Positions 48,689-62,236 of a DNA stretch of 64,000 bases are shown here, piece after piece (the first letter of the stretch is position 1; each line of letters opens with the position of its first letter). Source of the stretch: Ptychomitrium polyphyllum (taxonomy: Eukaryota); NCBI GenBank assembly GCA_973851085.1, contig OZ316775.1, positions 4,154,001 through 4,218,000 of the forward strand, given 5' to 3'. The notes below the pieces were generated by a model. That model ran no database searches and was not told the DNA's origin. It was given only the letters and a program-made list of their open reading frames with translations. The position numbers were made by a program, and so were the translations under genes.

Positions 48689-51600
48689 TGATAGTTTCAA
48701 TAAATTGTTACGGAAAAAGTAACCTCAAGACAAGGCTTTAAGATTCCAAGATGTGGAATAAGATAATTCCAAGTATATTAGAGATAAAGAGCTACAACAA
48801 GGTATAAAAGACAAGGCCAAAAGGTCTGAGCTAGACTACAAAAGAAGCATTGTCAAGACTGTGGAGCTCTTCAGCCTTGATTCTTATATATACTAGAACT
48901 ACAAGCTTTGGAAGCTTCTTAAGAAATTCTATTACATTGCTTTATATTCAAGCAACCTTGAGTTGCTTCCTTAGAAGTTTTCTAGGCCGAAATAACTTCT
49001 TTGCAAGCTTCCTAAGCAAAAGCAATTTCCTTAGAAACTTCCTAATCCAAAAGTAACTTCCTTAGAAGCTTCCTAAGCCAAGGCAACCTCCTTCATAGCT
49101 TTGTAAGGCAAGGCAACTTCCTTGGAAGCTTCCTAATTGCAAGGTAACTTTTTTGGAAGCTTCTCGAGCCAAAGAAACTTCCTTGGAAGCTTCCTCATCC
49201 GAGGCAACTTCTTTGGAAGCTTTCTAAATCTTCTAAAAACCTTTGTAGATTCTTTTAATATATATGTCTGTTACAGTAGATGATCCACTCCTTACATTCA
49301 AAAATGTTATTAATTAATCAAGATCAATGACCAATTTATATTCATTTTTGCATTACGCACCAAAATCCCTCCAAATTGGTAGAAGACTTTGTTGAATGTT
49401 TATTAAAACTTATCAAAAACCTAACCAATACACCTTATGACACATTCATGATGAGCACCATCCTAGCAGGACTTTGAGAATACATTCAAATAGCCATGAT
49501 AGGCCTTGTGAGAAATACCTTTACTGAAGTTGTTTGGTCTGCTCAACTCGCCTAAAAAAGAGCCTTGAAACCTTTCCTACAGGTCTTTGGTCCTTCCAAT
49601 CAATCCTATCCTCTTCTTCAACCTTGTACTAGTTGCAATCGCTTGAATCACACTTGGGAATCTTGTTATAAGAATCCTAAAAGTACTTATACTAAACAGT
49701 GCCAACAACCTCATGGCGTTTATTAGATCAAGTCGCTACTGAGGCTTGCCACTATCAATACTTGTTAAACGCTCTGATCAATCCAACATTTTTTATGTCA
49801 TAAGTGCAACTTCATAGATCATCCTGGCTATTGATGCCTTCTACACCAAGATGATGAAGTTAAACGCCTCATCCATAGGAAGAAACAGGAACTAGCCAAA
49901 ATCCAATGACCTCCAAATGTCAACACCATCGGATTTTTTCATGTTGACCCAGTAACTTGAAGTCAAGCAGTAGCTACCAATATTATACTATCAATACCAT
50001 TGGCAAACATTGACTAATAGACTATGGAAGATATTTGCAATCACATAATATGTATTATCTAAGAGCTTCAAAGTCATTTTGTACCAACAACCGTACTTCC
50101 ACAATTTCCTGCTTTAGCCCTTTCCGTTGTACAACAGATATGTATACAACTCCAAATGCACATTATTTCCGTTTTATTACAAGAATTCATTTAATTATCT
50201 CCAAGACTAAGCGCCTATCTACGGCAATATTTGTATCTGGTAATTCTACTAAAACCATTCCCATCATTACCAATAGCTACAATTACAGCGGTGGACCGCC
50301 ATATGCTAGTCATATCATTCTTGGTAGACAAATACATGGTTAGAGATGTTCTAATCGATGGAAGTTCATGAATCAATGTTATTATCAAGAGAGAATGCCT
50401 ACAATTGGGTCTTCCAGCTCCATCTCCAGCCTTATATAAATTACGTATGGCTGACAGATCACTTGTCCAACCTACTGGTATATTGCAAAATATCAAAATT
50501 CACATCCATGGTATACCATATATTGTCATCCTTATGGTCATCACCTGTAAGGATATCCAATCCACATATTCCATTCTTCTTGGTAGACCATGGTTGAAGG
50601 GTGTACAAGTTATCTATAATTTAGCAAATAATGAAATCAAGATTATGAATAACTATACATTCAAAACCATCCCGGTTCAGTGGAAGCTTGGTCTTGAAGC
50701 AACAACCTCCAATGTTATAATATCTTGTAACTATTGTCCAAGGCATTACCGCTTAGGAAAAAGACATCTTGTTTGCATTCAAAGAATACCTACACCCAAT
50801 TGATTCCCTTATTATTTCCAATCTAGACAATTCTTGCCAATTGAACAATCCATTTACGTTAATTTTTCATACCTCAGCTTCCATATTGATTGATACTATA
50901 TCAATGATAAAAACCTTAGATTGTTACAAAGTTGGAAAATTAAACACTACTGAGGAATCTCAATTTTGCCTCATAAACCTTGGTACTACCAAGAACCCTT
51001 CTACCATCAAGGTCAATATTGACATTCCAAGCAAACTAGCAACCTAGGCTAAAGCTCTATTCCGCAAATTTACGAACGTCTTTGGATGGACTTATATAAA
51101 TTTAATAGGGTTATTAGCCCATATCATCCAACATCATATTGACCTTAACACTACCATTTCTCCCTCGCACCAAGGTCGCTACTAAATGAATTCCAATCAT
51201 ACTAAGGCCATTAAAGATACCCTCAATTGTCTTTTAATTACAGATTTTATTTCTCCAATAGCCAAAGCTTCTTAGCTATCTTCTATTGTTGTTGTCTCTA
51301 AGAAGAATGGAAAACTACGCTTTTGTGTCAATTTCTGCTGACTCAATGCCGCCACAAAAAAGGACACTTATTCCCTTCCATTTACTGATGATGTCTTGGA
51401 TTTGGTAGCTGAATATGCAACATACTCATTCCTTGATGGCTTTTTGGGCTATCATTAAATTCAAATCCACCCAAACAATTGCCACAAAACCGCGTTTATC
51501 ACCAAATGGAGAGCATTTATCTAGATGATAATGTCGTTTGCTTTTAAATGCACCTCTGATATACCAACGTGCAGCCAACTAAGTCTTCAAGGACTATCTT

Positions 51601-53016
51601 GGCAGCTTTATAAAAATATTTTTGGACAACTTTAACATATATAGCAATATTGACTCCTACTTTGTTAAAATTTGCTTGAGCTTTCTCAAAAGTCGCAAAT
51701 TCAATATCAGCCTCAATCTTGATAAATGCCTTTTTCTTGCCTATTTACAAACTATTCTTGGTTATATTGTCTCCAAAGCCATTAAATTCCCTGATTTTGC
51801 CAAAATATAAGATTTAGTCAATATGCCTTCATTTCGCGACATCAAAGCAATTCAGATTTTCAATGGCCTTGTCCAATTTAATAAATATTTTATTTGTAAT
51901 TATGCGGCCATCATGGCCTCAATTACCAAACTCACAAAAAAAAACAAGCCTTTTTACAAGACTATCAACTATTCTACCGTTTATTTAGAAATCAAAGCTC
52001 GATACTTTTTGGCACTGATCCTCATTCTCGTAAACTAAAAATTAGAGTTTCATATCCATGCTGATGCCTTAGACCTTGCACTCGGTGCCATGCTCGTACA
52101 AAGCCCTACCGGTGGCGTGGATCAACCCATTACTTATGCATCATGTTTCTTTAGTAAGGCTAAGAAGAATTATACCACTACCGAACGGAAAGCATTAGCA
52201 ATGATCTACGCCATCTACAAATTCTGGCATTACCTATTGGACAATAAATTTGTTTTCTATGTTGATCACATGGCCATCATTTATCTGGTCAACAACACTC
52301 AGGTATCTGGTTGAATTGCTTATTGGCTCTTTTTATTTATAAAATTTGATTTTACCGTGGTTTATAAATCCAATAAAACTCACGGTATTGTAAATGCTTT
52401 ATCTCACAACACTGCCAATAGTCCACATACTCACATTATCAATAATCCCGTTGATGCTTTGGTATTTATAGTGGAATCCGAGTGGTTATCTACCATTGCT
52501 GACAATTTTTGTATCAATAATTTTTCCCATCACTCTATACTTAAACATCGCAAACGTCTAGCTTTTAAGGCTATTCCATTCAAACTTATTAACAATAATT
52601 TCTATCAACAAGGCAAAGATCTCATTCTTTGCCGCAGCGTATCTACTATTGAGATACATCAGATTGTTATCAAAATTTATAATGGCGTTTCCAATGGACA
52701 CCTTTTAGTAGACATCACTGTTCAAAAAATCCGCAATGCTAATTATTAATGGCCAACCTTCTACAAAGATACTTTCAATCACTATCGCTTGTGCCTTACA
52801 TGTCAATAAACCAACAATTTTACACAACCAGTCACAACCAAATTAGTTGCATATTTATTGGCCAAATCTTTTATAAAATGGAGCTTGCATTTCATTGGCC
52901 TTCTTCTTTGTATCCAACACCATGGTCATTGGTTCATACTACTTGCTACTAATTATGCTATCAAGTGGGTCGAAAGCATCCCATTGAGAGGCAATACTGC
53001 CCTAAAAATTGCACGG

Positions 53017-54639
53017 TGTTGTGATGTATTTAGATGTACAGTTTAAACTTAATTGGTATTTGTTATTTTGTGGAACTTAAATTATTGTATTAAAAAAAAA
53101 ATATTAAAAAAAAGAAATAATTGGATTAAAAAAAGATTGTGGTGAAACCACAATTTTATTTGTCTTGGAGGTAGAACTGCATCTTGTCTTAGCTCCGGGT
53201 GAATAAATTAGTTGATTATAGGATTTTTTTGCGTGCCATTTTTACTAGCATAATCAAGTCAACTATTGCCGTTCTACTCAACAAATCCAAAAAGGATCAA
53301 AATTGGACCAATTCAGTAGCTGGAACTTATCCAATCAACCAAATTTATGACTTGGTGTCTATTCCTACCTCAACAATGATATTATTCTTAATTCATTTCT
53401 TGTCAAATTTCAATCATTTTTCTACTTTCTTTTCTTTATTTTAGTTTTTTGTTCCTATTTTAGATTTTTGAGAGTTGATTTTGTATTCTTCTATAGTTTG
53501 AACCTAGAAATTGAAACTAATAGAAAAAAAACAAAAAAAACAAAAATTTAAAAAAATTGAGTTATTTTTTATTTAAAAGAATGATTAAATATTAGCTTGA
53601 AATAGGAGAATAGGGGCTAATGTGGAGAGATAAAGTTGATGTGGAGTAATAAGGGGCGGATGTGGCGGTTTAATTGCTGTCCTCTTCTTCTCTCTCGGCC
53701 TCTCCCACTTGAATAAGAAGGCAGTCCTTCTTTGGGTGATAATTCATTGTATACTTCTTAGTTTGAGTTTATTTTTGTTGGATTTTTTCTTCTTTTGTGA
53801 GCTTTTTAGCAAGCCATTACACGCTTCATTTGAAGTTAGTATGTGATTGTGGCATTAGTTTGAATAAAGAGTCAGCTGCCTTGAGTTTTAAGAGGAGCTA
53901 CTTTGAATGCTTATAACTTTTTGTAGAAATAGTGTTTGATTATGAAATTTTAAGGATAATATTTCAACTATTTTCAAATGACGGTGTAGAAATTTCAAGA
54001 GTAATGAATTTTTATAGTAGGAGATATAAGAAAAAAATGCAATTGGGATTTGAGGGCAGTACAACTTAGAATTTGGAACTATATGTTTTGAACCATTGGA
54101 GATTATTGGAAGGGTTGTTAAGGTTGAAATTTTGATGAAATATTTATTATAAAATATAAAATATGTGGATAAAGTTTGAAGTTTAGATTTATTGTAGAAA
54201 AGAAGTAACATAATTATGAAGTAAAAGGATGGAGGGTCCAAGAACTATGGCAAAAAGTGTGAAACTTTTGAAGACATAGTTCTTAACAACCACTTGGATT
54301 ATAAATAAAAGATTCTGAGGGTTGTATTTAGAGATTCTTGTGGTTATGTCATTAAAACCTTAAGAGCATAGGGCCTTTGAGCTTGAAGCCATAGGAGAAT
54401 ATATAATTTGGATTTAAAAGAAAGAAGTAGAATTGTTGATAAAGAATTGAGTTATTCCTTAAGATTGGAAAAAGAAGAGTTAGAAAGTAGAAATTGAAGA
54501 TGTAGAAAAAGCTAATAAATAATTGGAAGTTGTAGCTTGTAGTATAAAATAAGAGTTATATAAAAAAAAATCCTTGTACTTGATTAACTAGATACAAAAA
54601 GACCTAGCATTTCCTATAGCAACCACTCTTACTACGACA
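53017..54639. mobile_element. Family-C element (probable solo LTR, 1623 bp)
   Basis: TGTTGTGA...CTACGACA termini and perfect 4-bp TSD ACGG (53013-53016 / 54640-54643). Removing it restores the host integrase frame. Confidence 0.85.
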
Positions 54640-56408
54640 ACGGTTCTTCTATGAGCACATTCTCACCTGCTTTGGCTGCTTTGTTTATATTATGAGTGAC
54701 CAAAATGTACATTTCAACACCTTGGTAATTCAAACTCTAATAGAACATTTCCTCATCAAACACACAACATTGACAATATACTATCTCCAAGGAAATGGAT
54801 TAATTGAATCCACCAACAAGGTTATTCTTGGCATGCTCCAAAAACTTGTCGATGAACACGGCAGTGATTCAGACATTCATCTTTCTACAGCCATGCTTGC
54901 CTACCGGATTACGTACAAAACTAGTACCAATCACTCTCCATTCTAACTTCTATATGGCCTACTTTCCCTCATGCCTACTGAATACCTAGTACCTACCTCT
55001 TGTACAATAGTTCAATATGATCAATGCTCGGTTGATTGCATGTTGGTACGTCAGAGGATTAAGCAAATTCAAATTCAGAGGATTAAGTTTCCAAACAATA
55101 GTGAATTTACCATATTTTAATTATAGATGCCATAATTATGGATGAAGTTAACTTGGATGTAAAGAATCAAATCCAGCAAAAGGTTTTACATTCAACCTCA
55201 GCCACTAGAAGTTAAACGAGATGTAATGCCAAATAGTGAAGGTTCCTTTGGAACCTATATAGCCGTGGTGAAGTGGCAATCATGTTGCATGCATGCTTCA
55301 AGGTTTTCCATAAACACACCACTACAACTAACACAATCCAAAAATCATTCATTGTATGCACAATATTGAAATTTAGAAGTTGGATAATCATTGGACTGGA
55401 AATCTTAGTAGCTTTTATTTAACACTTAATTCAAAACTTGATGTTGCATACTGTGCCTACAATTGCCAAATCACAAAAGTAAACAAGATCACTAACTACT
55501 TGAAATTAGAAGAAGATTTTAGGCTCCTTAAAAGGATAATGTGGTGGGTATGTGCCGCATATGACTAATATCAATAATTATGGCTAATAGTGAAGGTGAC
55601 ACCAAATTACCGAGTGATCTTAATATATGTTTCTGAGCATGATTTTGGTCATATTTTGTGTTCAATCTTGTACATCGTACATCTCATTTCTGATGCCCCT
55701 AGATTTGAAAACTTGTAAAAATGAACCATACTGGGAATGTGTCTGAAACTCTCAACGTGCATTATGCTAGGGCAGCCTGTTGAGGCGCTATCGAAGACTC
55801 CGCTACTTAAAACCAATTTAGTGCAAACTCAATTTGTACGTTGTGTTGATGACTCTCCTACTGGGTGATTCTTGGACCATCCTCTAGTACCATCCTACAA
55901 CCTGCTTATACCTGTGTCTATTTTGATAATCCTATAAGTTGAGTTATCCTTTACTGCTGGTAACAAAACGTAGAGAATTTATAAGATAATTTGCTGCAAG
56001 GATATTCTCTTTGGCTAGAATGCAACCAGTGCTGGAAGAGAAGTACAATGTAACAACAATTTAACCCATAATGAGTCTACATTTGAGTAGTACAACTGAC
56101 TATCATCTCGCCATTACTGGTATTGATAAATAGCTCAATGCAAATGAAAAAGCAACAATACACATCAATAGGCAACTTCAAACAGCGCTTCAAGGCTACA
56201 TCATAGGCAAGTACACTGAAATGATCATCATTAAAAACCAGTATTCATGATGAGTCCTTGGACACCTGACCAACAGACAAATTTATTCTCCACCTACATT
56301 CCCCATCAATAGCTCTCCTTCTGAACCTGTGTAACTCTCATGGGCAGTGAACACCCATGCTAGTGGCGAAGGTCAGAGCAAACCGTCATGTTGGAAGCAC
56401 ATTAGCGA

Positions 56409-57257
56409 TTACCATTGCAGAAGAAGAAGAGCATAACTCCACTTCATCATTCTACTACTTTTTCTACTTTCCAGAAATGCATTGATCTTCTCCAGTTGGC
56501 GCAGGCGTTCTCTGAATGCCCTGTCGTCCATTTGGTCGTGCACCCAGCACGCGAATCTCTCGTCAAGTCCTCGCTTCTCCAGAAAATTATGAATCTCTAC
56601 TCGTGACTTCGGACTGATTCTCCTGATATCCACGTATTGTGCAATCATTAGGTCAAGGTTTAGGGTTTTGCAAAAGGGTTCCATGAAAATGGCTAATAGG
56701 GAGTTCGATCAGATCTCGGGTTTTTCAACGAACTTCAAGACGAGAGAGGTTTCTAGAGAGGTTTGATTTTGTAGAGATAATCTTTTTGAAAGACTGAAAT
56801 AGACTCATCATGTGAGAGAAGAGAAATTTAGAAACACCACAATCACCTCAAAGTTTCAACTTTGTTACTCAAAATCTAGCTGCCCTCCATGTACCCATGG
56901 GGGCGTCGTGTTGTATTTCTGCAATCATCTGCAACCAGGCCATTAGAATCTCGCTCATAGAATTAAATTGGCGAGCGGCTGAACCCCTGCAAAAGATCAA
57001 ACTCTAAACCCTAAACCCTAAATCCTAATGTACTAAAAAGTCTCCAAAAACGCAGAGAAAGATTGCTAACCTCGTAAGCCTTCTTTATCCTGTCAATCTC
57101 TGCGCTCAAAATACGATGGCTTCTCTTTCGCTGGGCCAGTCCGGCTCGCCCTTGACTTACCAGTCACTGATTTGGCACCCGTTGCGAATAATGACGATGA
57201 TCCGGAAGCTCGCGGAAGGAGTCGAGCACCTCTCCTCCACAACGAAGAACAAGACAT
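56409..57257 (-). pseudogene. Mitochondrial glycoprotein (MAM33/p32)-like gene remnant
   Basis: R/S-rich transit-peptide-like start (MSCSSLWRRGARLL), out-of-frame HRILSAEIDRIKKAYE before a GT donor, and C-terminal IHNFLEKRGLDERFACWVHDQM..LEKINAFLE resembling the MAM33 tail. The middle of the protein is absent. Confidence 0.55.
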
Positions 57258-57918
57258 GGTGACCTGCTACACACAAGCCTCCTTAGTTTGCGAATCAAGC
57301 GGCATGGAAGTGGAGATGTCGCTAAGGACGTGAACATCAACACAGTGTTGCCTAGACACAAAGTTTATAAACTGGTGGTCTACTCAAAACATGAGCCATG
57401 AATTCAGGCGCCAGGTTGCATGCATGACAACAAAAACGATCTAGACAACCGACTTGGACTGCAGTGATGCGCAAGTGAAGTAAGTTATACCACAGTGAGC
57501 ATCAACTGGGTTGGCGGTCGTAGAGTTGAAGTTTATTCGTCATGAAGAATTCTATATTCTTCTTTGTTCAGACATTCGTTCTTGAAACTTTGGCCTGGTC
57601 TTGAGTTCGTAATCCAAGTAATGCGTGACCTCAAAAAGTTCCTAATGAAATCTTGTAGCAAAATTGATTTACTTACATCTGAGGTTTCAGAACGGTCCTT
57701 AACGGTTTCACACAGGCACTTACAAGTTATTACTCAGACTAGCCAAAGAGAACATAGAACACAAAATTGGTTCTGTATTCATTAAACACTCACTGTAGGT
57801 CAAGTTGCTCAGAGGTTGCAAACTAGTCTGATGTTATCTTCTGGTTCCAATGTAAAAATTCACTAGGTTGTAACCTCGCCTGAGCCTCTGCAATTTATAT
57901 CAACTCATTTGAGCTTGT

Positions 57919-60900
57919 CTACAACAAGCAACTCATTTGAGCACGTGCATATGTGTTGGAATATTGCACCCATTTGGTTCCTAGAACGAAATATTTGGAG
58001 TGCCAAGGTTCTACATACACTTGGACTACATGTATGAATATCTGCAAGTCGTATTTGATACCAGTCGCCAGGCTGAGCACTTGTTTAAATCTTGACGCCT
58101 CAATGGCGATCCTAAGTGCAGATGTCAGGTACACAAATCTACAAAATTGATGAATGTTGTCTTATACAGCCTCATTAGACCTGCAAATCATTGGCATACT
58201 TGCGCAGAAAATTTGAACCCGGAACCAGATCGATACTACTGACACCTGAAATTGCTCTATTGGCGAAATTCAAAACAGTAATCTGGAGAGTAAAGCTAGG
58301 GAAAACAAAAATGAGAAGTGCTGCTTCATCTTCCACCGATGATGGCCATACAATTCCAGCCCTTTTTCTCCAATCACATCCTCTGTAACAACAGCGAACC
58401 TGAATCCAATTTTCCAATGTTCCAACAGATATTGTTCAAGACATGAGGAATCAATTATTGAAATTTTTATAACGTCCAACATATGTGGTTGCTAGAGAGG
58501 AAGTTAGTGTCATTCCAGACGATGGTAGGTTGGCCGAATCCTTGCAGGGTTAAGAAAGATCTTGTCCTCTCAATGAACACTTTCTCTTTGCACACCAGCT
58601 TGGGTTTATGGCACTCTACAAACTGGAAATTATTAAACTCTAAACCCAGAGATGGTTCAGCTGGCCATGGATATATGTGTCAGCAAAATTTTCATAACCA
58701 CACAGCAAATGAAACTCTGCAGAACATCATTGGAAACTAGTCAATATTGAGAACAGGTTTGAATTGGTCGAATAATATTTACCTGTAAACCCCAGCATTA
58801 ACTTGAATGGTAATGTGATACTGGCGATAGCGGTCTCTGGGTATGGAATTCACATCGTCGTTTACCGTCGTGAAGTTTCCGAAGCTATTTAGGTCCACCA
58901 CAATGTATGTGGCTGATGTTTTAAAGCTCTCCCAATCCATGTACTGTTTCATTCCAGGGAAATCCAGAGACAGGTCTAGTTGGACCAAGCCTGGCACCGC
59001 GTCAAGCTCATTCACGCTGCCCGGTAATCTAACCTTCTGTTTCAGCTTATGCTTCAACCTCACACTTGCAATCCACACTATATACTCAGGTGCCACCTCC
59101 TAGCTTTCAAGGCTTGACTCTGGAATCTCTTATATTAAGTGAAAGCTCCTGCAGTTGACTGACCAAGAAGAAAGAAAAATATGGACATAAAAAACTAAGG
59201 CTAGTAGTACAAGGCCAAACCTGCATATCGGCCTCATTTTTGGAAGAGAATCTGAAGGGTCTACAATCTGTAGGTTCTTTCACTTGCAAAGCAGCAGAGA
59301 AAACAGTTACAAATGCATAAAGAACAAAGCAACCTTTGAAGCTTTTTGAAAACTTCAGTAGCTCATTTCAAAGCAAATGGAATGGAAAAAAGAAAAAAAA
59401 TCTGGTGATTGCTCAGTTATCGAAGACTATGCTACTTGACTCTCACGTTGATGGACTCGCAGGCTGGAAACAGCAGCTTGTAAAGAAGATTTCAAACTAC
59501 TCCACCCTCCCCTGGTTACAAGAACGTGGGGACTTTATCTATAGAAACACTACAGTAGTGCTCTTAAACCCCTCTCTATTATCTGCATGCAGGCATCTAA
59601 TCCAAGTGGGACTCTCCAGCTACCATGTTTGTGCCGTCAGAAGCAATGTAGTGAGCTGCAGCAGCTCCAAGCACTCATCGATTGTGTTGCAGATCGAGAT
59701 GATACAGTGTGGAATCATACGGAGCTAGATAGCAGATTGGGAAAGATTAGCAAGTGCAGTGCGGATTGTACCCGAATTGATCTTCCAAAGCAGGACTGTC
59801 ACTGTCACTGAGCCCCTGGGGTTAAGAACTTCAAGTGTCCCTCCGAAATTGAATGTAATCCAGAGTACACAATGTTAATTACACAGTAACTCACCATTGT
59901 TGGAACTTGAAACTGCTGGAAATATGAAATGGAAGAGCTACGGGATATGAAAATTGACATGAATTTGCACAGCAACTCATCCCATTCTACTCATTTTGCA
60001 AGCAAGGAGACACAATTTTCAAATAATATGATTATGAGGAACTTTGGAATGCAAAGTTGCAAACGGCATACTTGTGACTCTGCTGACAGACACTCTTTGC
60101 AGTGTGGAGGTGGGGATAAGATGAGACTCAAGCTGGAAGGTAAAGCCAGCTTGCACAACAAGCTACCGATGTTCATTGCACAACCAGAAGTTGATAGCCA
60201 TGACTTGGTGTGAATTACACATGCTTTATCAAGTTGCTCACTTCTAATGTCAATTGATGGAAATTTAACATTAGCATAATTACTGGCTTGGATTAGTACA
60301 GTGATATGATACCCATATTGCCTACCCACAGGGTAGCCCGTGTATTTTATTCTCAAATCTACCGTAAAATGTAGATTTGGTTACAGGGTACACTGGATAC
60401 CCGTGCCACTATTCCATATTGGACTAGTGCTTTCCATTGAAAAATATTATTGTTCACCGTGTTCCTAGAATTTATACTAGGCACTTGAGTGTAATTAAGC
60501 TCTAACATATCAAGTACTTAGCTCCTACAGTTTTGCAATAAATACAGCCTTGAGGTCATTTTCTCTGAAAATGCCTTGGAGCTTGTATTAAACTTTGGTG
60601 ACTCACTCAGTTTTCATTTTTCTTCTTCTAGAGTGTTATCACTCCCACTGAGTTTTTGCTCTTTTATGTTAGCGTGAACAAAACTCTCTGGAGTCTCCAT
60701 GGCCAAACCCAATCTAATTGTACAACATCAACATTGCCAAAACAACAATTTCAAATGAAACGGACATACCAGCAGTACGCGTGAGTACTATCAGTATGAA
60801 TCATAGCTCAAGTCATTTATGATAGACAAGTTAGGGGTATCCCGTAGGATGCTGCTGTTCTTTTTGTCAGCATCTAATGCTATCTGCAATTCTTGTTTCT

Positions 60901-62236
60901 ACTGCCTGTTGCCAACCCTCCTGACCAGGTGTTGATGCAATAAATACAAGCTTGTACGTTACTACCTGCCATGAAGGCTTGTGACATTTGAGTGGTGCAG
61001 ATTGAGCAGATAGTGCATTTGTCTCATCATGTTTGCACAAACGAGTTTTTTTCCTGATCATCTCAGTTTTGCCCTCGGCCAATAGTTGTACCTGGACCAG
61101 TTTTTTTGTTGCAATGTACATTCACTTGTAGGGTACTTGTAAAATTCCCAGTATTTGAGATCAGTAGACCAATGCTCATTCCCAATGAGACTGGCCAGTA
61201 TATTATAAGGTGGGACCCCTATGCCAAGACTATATGTTGGCTTTAGATACTGTATTATCGCATGACGCTCAGTACAGTACGGTATTATGGTGGAAGCCTT
61301 AGGTGGGCATACTTTAGAATTGATAAGATATATGCTGGTAATAATACATTGTACAAAGTTATGCATTGTTTTGGTACTGGGTTTGGGATTCCCACCTTAT
61401 AACCTATAATCTCCACAGCATTGACAGATTGAAGATGCAGAAGCTGGTGGCACAAAATATTTGATAACAAAGGAAGCTGTTCTATGGAAGTTGAACTCTC
61501 TCTAACTCAGCTGCAATTTGAACAGAAAACTGTACTAGACATAGTTTTACTCTTTTAATGTAACAGGTCAGGATTCTAAGTTGCAAAGTTGTTGGAGAGA
61601 ATTTGCTAACTTATTCCAATAATGTTTTTCTCTTGTAGTTCACTTATAATACTTCAGTCCCTAACTACACTTTTATCCAGTTTGAAACAAATGAAATGAT
61701 TTACTTCCATTGTTGAGAAAACAGGCAGAGAATACCTCACTGAAACAAAAAAAAATCAGGCCCCAAATTGCCAACAATTTAACTCCAAACATTTTGGTAC
61801 CACAGGGATATGCTGCCCTTCCGTAATGTTCTCTAAGCATGACTTCTCTTTTCTAATTGAAAGAAGAGTTCTAAGTTATGAATATGACAAGCTGGGTAGC
61901 AAATGTGATTAATCATAACCACAATTGAGTTCACATAATCGTCATCTTTCAACGGTCAACCATCAACGCAATTGCAAAATAGGGGTGCCAGAATCACTCT
62001 CTGCACCGTAAGTTACCAGCTTGATATTCTCAAGAACCCAGCTGTCCCAATGATCAATCAAATCCTGCAAGTGTTGTCAGTGACAAGAAAATGACCCCAA
62101 CACACCACACTTTATCATAATAGTCACCACCAATTCTCACAGCATCTGCTTTTCCAGTTCCAAAACCACATGTAGCTGTGATGGCTAATCGATACAAGCA
62201 CATCAATTCCAATGATTTGAGGCCTAAGCTGTGCAT
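57919..62236 (-). pseudogene. Decayed multi-exon protein-coding sequence of unrecognised family
   Basis: Repeated minus-strand splice signals (donors about 58179, 58781, 59895, 60070; acceptors about 58285, 58400, 58661) bound protein-like blocks that contain in-frame stops. The family could not be identified. Confidence 0.4.

Larger units (their letters stand above)
43656..49275 (-). mobile_element. Internally deleted family-B element. LTRs 43656-44034 and 48706-49275, extra LTR 44171-44651, gag remnant 47387-48421
   Basis: Perfect TSD GTAGA (43651-43655 / 49276-49280). LTR termini TGTTRCRG...C(C/T)RT(G/T)ACA. PPT GAGCTAGAAGGAGAGGTGA. gag motifs EPRINLPKKFDG, ALSWF, YALEFQQLA, CCGKFGHKVDSC. 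pol is missing. Confidence 0.85.
43470..55010 (+). mobile_element. Heavily decayed non-chromovirus-type Ty3/Gypsy internal region (gag about 43470-43655 and 49281-49800, protease about 50340, RT about 51100-51800, RH about 52050-52400, INT about 52500-53016 and 54644-55000), host of the second stack
   Basis: DVLIDGSS, FLDNFNIYS, YTTTERKALAM, FVFYVDH, YAIKWVES, QGNGLIESTNK, AYRITYKTST. The frame KIAR|FFYEHI rejoins across the C insertion. Boundaries are approximate and no LTRs were identified. Confidence 0.75.

Noticed and set aside
58060..58134. IAIEASRFK resembling the ribosome-inactivating-protein EAARF motif
   Set aside because: The other RIP catalytic residues could not be located in the flanking blocks, and a 5-residue match is insufficient.
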